A stretch of 62,381 nt of DNA, filler included, from Asterionella formosa (taxonomy: Eukaryota), in NCBI GenBank assembly GCA_002256025.1. It is 19 parts of 19 records of this genome, joined end to end, with 100 filler letters (N's around TTAATTAATTAA, not from the genome) between each part and the next. Parts side by side here need not be neighbours in the genome. Positions count along the whole stretch, not along the records: positions 59,201 to 62,381 come from NKIB01014386.1; 18 more parts are not named here. One strand, given 5' to 3'. Both the position numbers and the translations under genes were made by a program. This document shows positions 59,361-62,381 of the stretch, piece by piece. Every line of letters starts with the position of its first letter. Position 1 is the first letter of the stretch. The notes under the pieces were generated by a model, which made no database searches, had not been told where the DNA came from, and saw only the letters and a program-made list of their open reading frames with translations.

Positions 59361-62250
59361 TGACAAATAGTGAAGGGATCATTTGAGTCGAGTCACAAAA
59401 GTGACTGCAACTATGATTAAGCTCCAACTATGTGTTATAGTAAATGTGGCTCCCAGGGACCACAGATGACGAGATGATTGAAGTAGAAGTTGAAAGATCG
59501 AAAATGGATCTTAGGAAGGAGCTTATTCTAAGAAGTAGAAAGCTCACAATAAAGTAAAGCAGAAAGTGAGTTTCTGACGTTTACTAAAGATCTAGAAGTA
59601 GATCACGAGAAATAGCTAGCTGAGAGTGAAGTATAGACGTATACTACTCAAGAGTACTAGATACTTTAACACGTTTATAAACGGACCTTTGTATCTACAA
59701 AGCAAAAGATAAGTAGCATGACTACAGCAGAAGAGAAAGTCGGAACCATCAAGTTTGATGGAGACGAAAACCATTGGCATGAGTGGAGCGTGAAGGCGCT
59801 CGCTCTGGCCAAAAGCAAGGGGTTTCGCCATGTCTATGCCAACGACACAAAACCATGCTCAGATGTGGTCTATTTGACTTCGACGCACAACGAAGAGAAG
59901 AAAAAGTATGAGGATAACGATAAAGCTTACCAGTTTTTAATCCTCAGCTGCACTGGAATCGCTTTTGGGTTAGTGAATCATGCAAAGACGAAGGACCTAA
60001 TCGATGGCGATGCTTTCTTAGGATGGAAGAACCTTAACGACAGGTATGCGCCCAACGAAGCATTAAATTGATTCAGCTTGCTGGAGAATTCAACAAGTGC
60101 AACCTCAAGGATACGAAACCCTGATGAATGGTTCATTAAGTTAGACAACATCAGGAACAGGATGATACATATTGATATCGACTTCGAGAAAAAGGACGCC
60201 GAAGTCATCGCGCATATCATTGACAAACTTCCAGGAGAGTACAGCGAAGTGATTAATATGGTTGAAGGAGTAAAAAACGTGACGCTTACGGAGATCAAGG
60301 CTAAGATCAGGGCGTTCTACAAGCGCAAGTTCAAGACAACAGACAAGAATGAAGACGAATCGGCTTTGTTTGTCGGAGGAAAGTTTAAAGGGAACTGTCA
60401 CAACTGTGGAAAGCAGGGACACAAGGCAGCGGAATGCCGATCAAAAGCGAACACTGCTGGTGGTGGGAACAAGAAACGAGCAAAAGACGATGAATCCGTC
60501 GGCAAAGGAGTCAAATGTTTCAATTGTAATAAGTATGCTGGACACATTGCGAAAGATTGCCCTGAGAAAAATAAGAAAGACGAAAAGGACAAAGACAAAG
60601 AAACCGGAATGTATGTCGGGGTGAGGATTGCGATCGATGACGACGAAGAAACTGCGAAAGAAGTCGTCGAACTCATCAAGAAGACGAACAACAATGAGTT
60701 CAAAAACAAAATCGAAAATAACGAATTTTGTGGAGTGAGTGATGATGTCAAGACTGAAGAATGGTTAGCGGATACAGGAGCTACATGTCATATCACTACG
60801 TGCGATGTTGGTATGACAAATATCGAAACAGTCAAGACTCGAGTCATCGTTGGCAATGGAGAGGAAATTTTATGTACCAAACGTGGTGACATCCTCCTCA
60901 CTGATACTGCTACACAGAAGGTCCTACTCCTGAAGAAGGTCCTATATACACCTACCTTCCACAAGAATATACTAAGTGTCAGTATGTTTGTGCGAAATGG
61001 GAGTTTCGAGGTTGGTATTCTCAAGGACAAGATGACCCTACGCAAGGAAGGGGAGCAAAACGGACTAACTTTCAAGACCAAGGCCAACGGTGTGCTCTAC
61101 TATATGCATGGCACTAGAAAGTACGGCAACAAAACAGCATTGTCCACAGAGGACAAAAACGAGGAAGCTGCGCCGATGACCGGCAAACCTAGTACCGGTA
61201 AGCAAACACCTAAGAAAAGTATGGACATCAATGTCGCACATGACAAATTTGGGCACACTAGCAAGGCAGCTCTGCGTGCTACATTGAAGTCGATTGGTAT
61301 TGAGACCAGTGGAGCCCTACAGCCATGTGAGGGATGTGCTTTGGCTAAAGCAAAATCAAAGGCTGTACCTAAAGTTGCAAATAACAAAGCGACTATGGTA
61401 GGTGAGCGTTTAGGTGCAGATATAAGTGGCCCTTACAAGAAGTCCATTGTCGGGAGTACTTACCGGTACTGGATTTTGGTCGTTGATGAATATAGTGGAA
61501 AATCCTGGAGTTTCTTTGTCAAGAAAAAGTCGCAGATGGCGGCTACAGTGGAACCACTATTGCTTAAATTTCGTTATGCTAACTACATCATTCGGTACCT
61601 GCGATGTGACAATGCTGGGGAAAATATCAAGGGACTTTCTGCAATGTGTGACAGGCTTAATATCACTATCGAATTTACTGCCCCACATACTACCCCACAG
61701 CAAAACGGTATGGTGGAACGCAAATTTGTGACTATTAGAGACAGAAGCGTTGCTGCAATGTTAAAGGCTAAATTTTCTGATGAGTCACAAGGACTCTTAT
61801 GGGCAGAAAGTATCAACACACACACACGCCTCACAAATAGTGTATGCAACACAAATGACATGGAGAAAAGCTTGGATTGGATTTTCTATGGGAAGTGTCC
61901 CGAGATATATGATAATCTTGTTGAATTTGGAAGAATTGGTTGGGTAAAAATACCAGGAAAAATACCTAAACTTGAGGCAGGGGACACATACAGAATGTAC
62001 CAACCAGACACCAAGAAAGTGATCAATACTAGGAACATTAAGTGGGGAGAGTGGCATGGGAAGTCCAATATCACAACAGATATGACCGTTTATGACATCA
62101 CAGAAAATACATTGGATATATTCAACATCATTAGCATCTGATCCCGGAGAACCAAAAGGGTACAAACAAGCAATGACTGATCCTGAACGTGATAAGTGGA
62201 TTGAGGCAATGAAAGTGGAAATTAACAATTTCTACAAACGCAACATCTAA
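59361..62250 (+). mobile_element. Ty1/Copia element 3: 5' LTR ending at 59671, palindrome (59672-83), gag-protease-integrase and start of RT; degenerate
   Basis: Homologous to element 2 (IKFDGDENHWHEWSVKALALAK, two CCHC knuckles, WLADTGAT, LRCDNAGE). Frameshifts near 60070-60120. The LTR 5' boundary is uncertain. Confidence 0.93.
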
Positions 62251-62381
62251 GCCGCAAAATACGCCACTTTTCGAAATTTCGTCTACGTATGAGTGTTAAT
62301 TATGTGGTACTTCACATGCATTAATGCCACTCTTCACGTAAAAAAGATTACTTTTAACGGTTTCATGTGAAGTTTTAACTG

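Noticed and set aside
60060..60125. Programmed gag frameshift in element 3
   Set aside because: There are two separate shifts in mid-gag where element 2 is continuous, so this is decay.

Overview
This window is not one locus. It holds 19 unrelated contigs of about 3.2 kb, in roughly descending length, joined by an artificial 100-bp linker (44 N + TTAATTAATTAA + 44 N), so adjacency across linkers means nothing. The DNA is eukaryotic and most likely a diatom (inference from GT-AG introns, bipartite plastid-targeting presequences, CoDi-like Copia elements and HA-domain proteins). Host genes include a PPR protein, mitoribosomal mL43, a Sec10-like exocyst subunit, a DEK-C/SWIB protein, an HA-domain protein, CCDC43-like, ChaN-like and CvfB-like proteins, and several LRR genes or pseudogenes. 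The rest is mostly transposon-derived. Three signals stand out. (1) Three divergent Copia elements carry a perfect 12-bp palindrome directly after the 5' LTR (CGTTTATAAACG twice, CGCTTTAAAGCG once) instead of a TGG tRNA primer-binding site, which suggests tRNA-independent priming. (2) Short insertions at TA dinucleotides (TA-CCGG-TA, TA-CCWGG-TA, TA-GC-TA, TA-C/G-TA) are pervasive, polymorphic between paralogous copies, stack serially in both orientations and add codons to an integrase, as expected of DNA-transposon excision footprints. (3) A multicopy element combines a micro-exon gene remnant, a hairpin tandem array and captured fragments of the photosynthesis gene PGRL1. All family assignments come from motif recognition by eye, not database searches.
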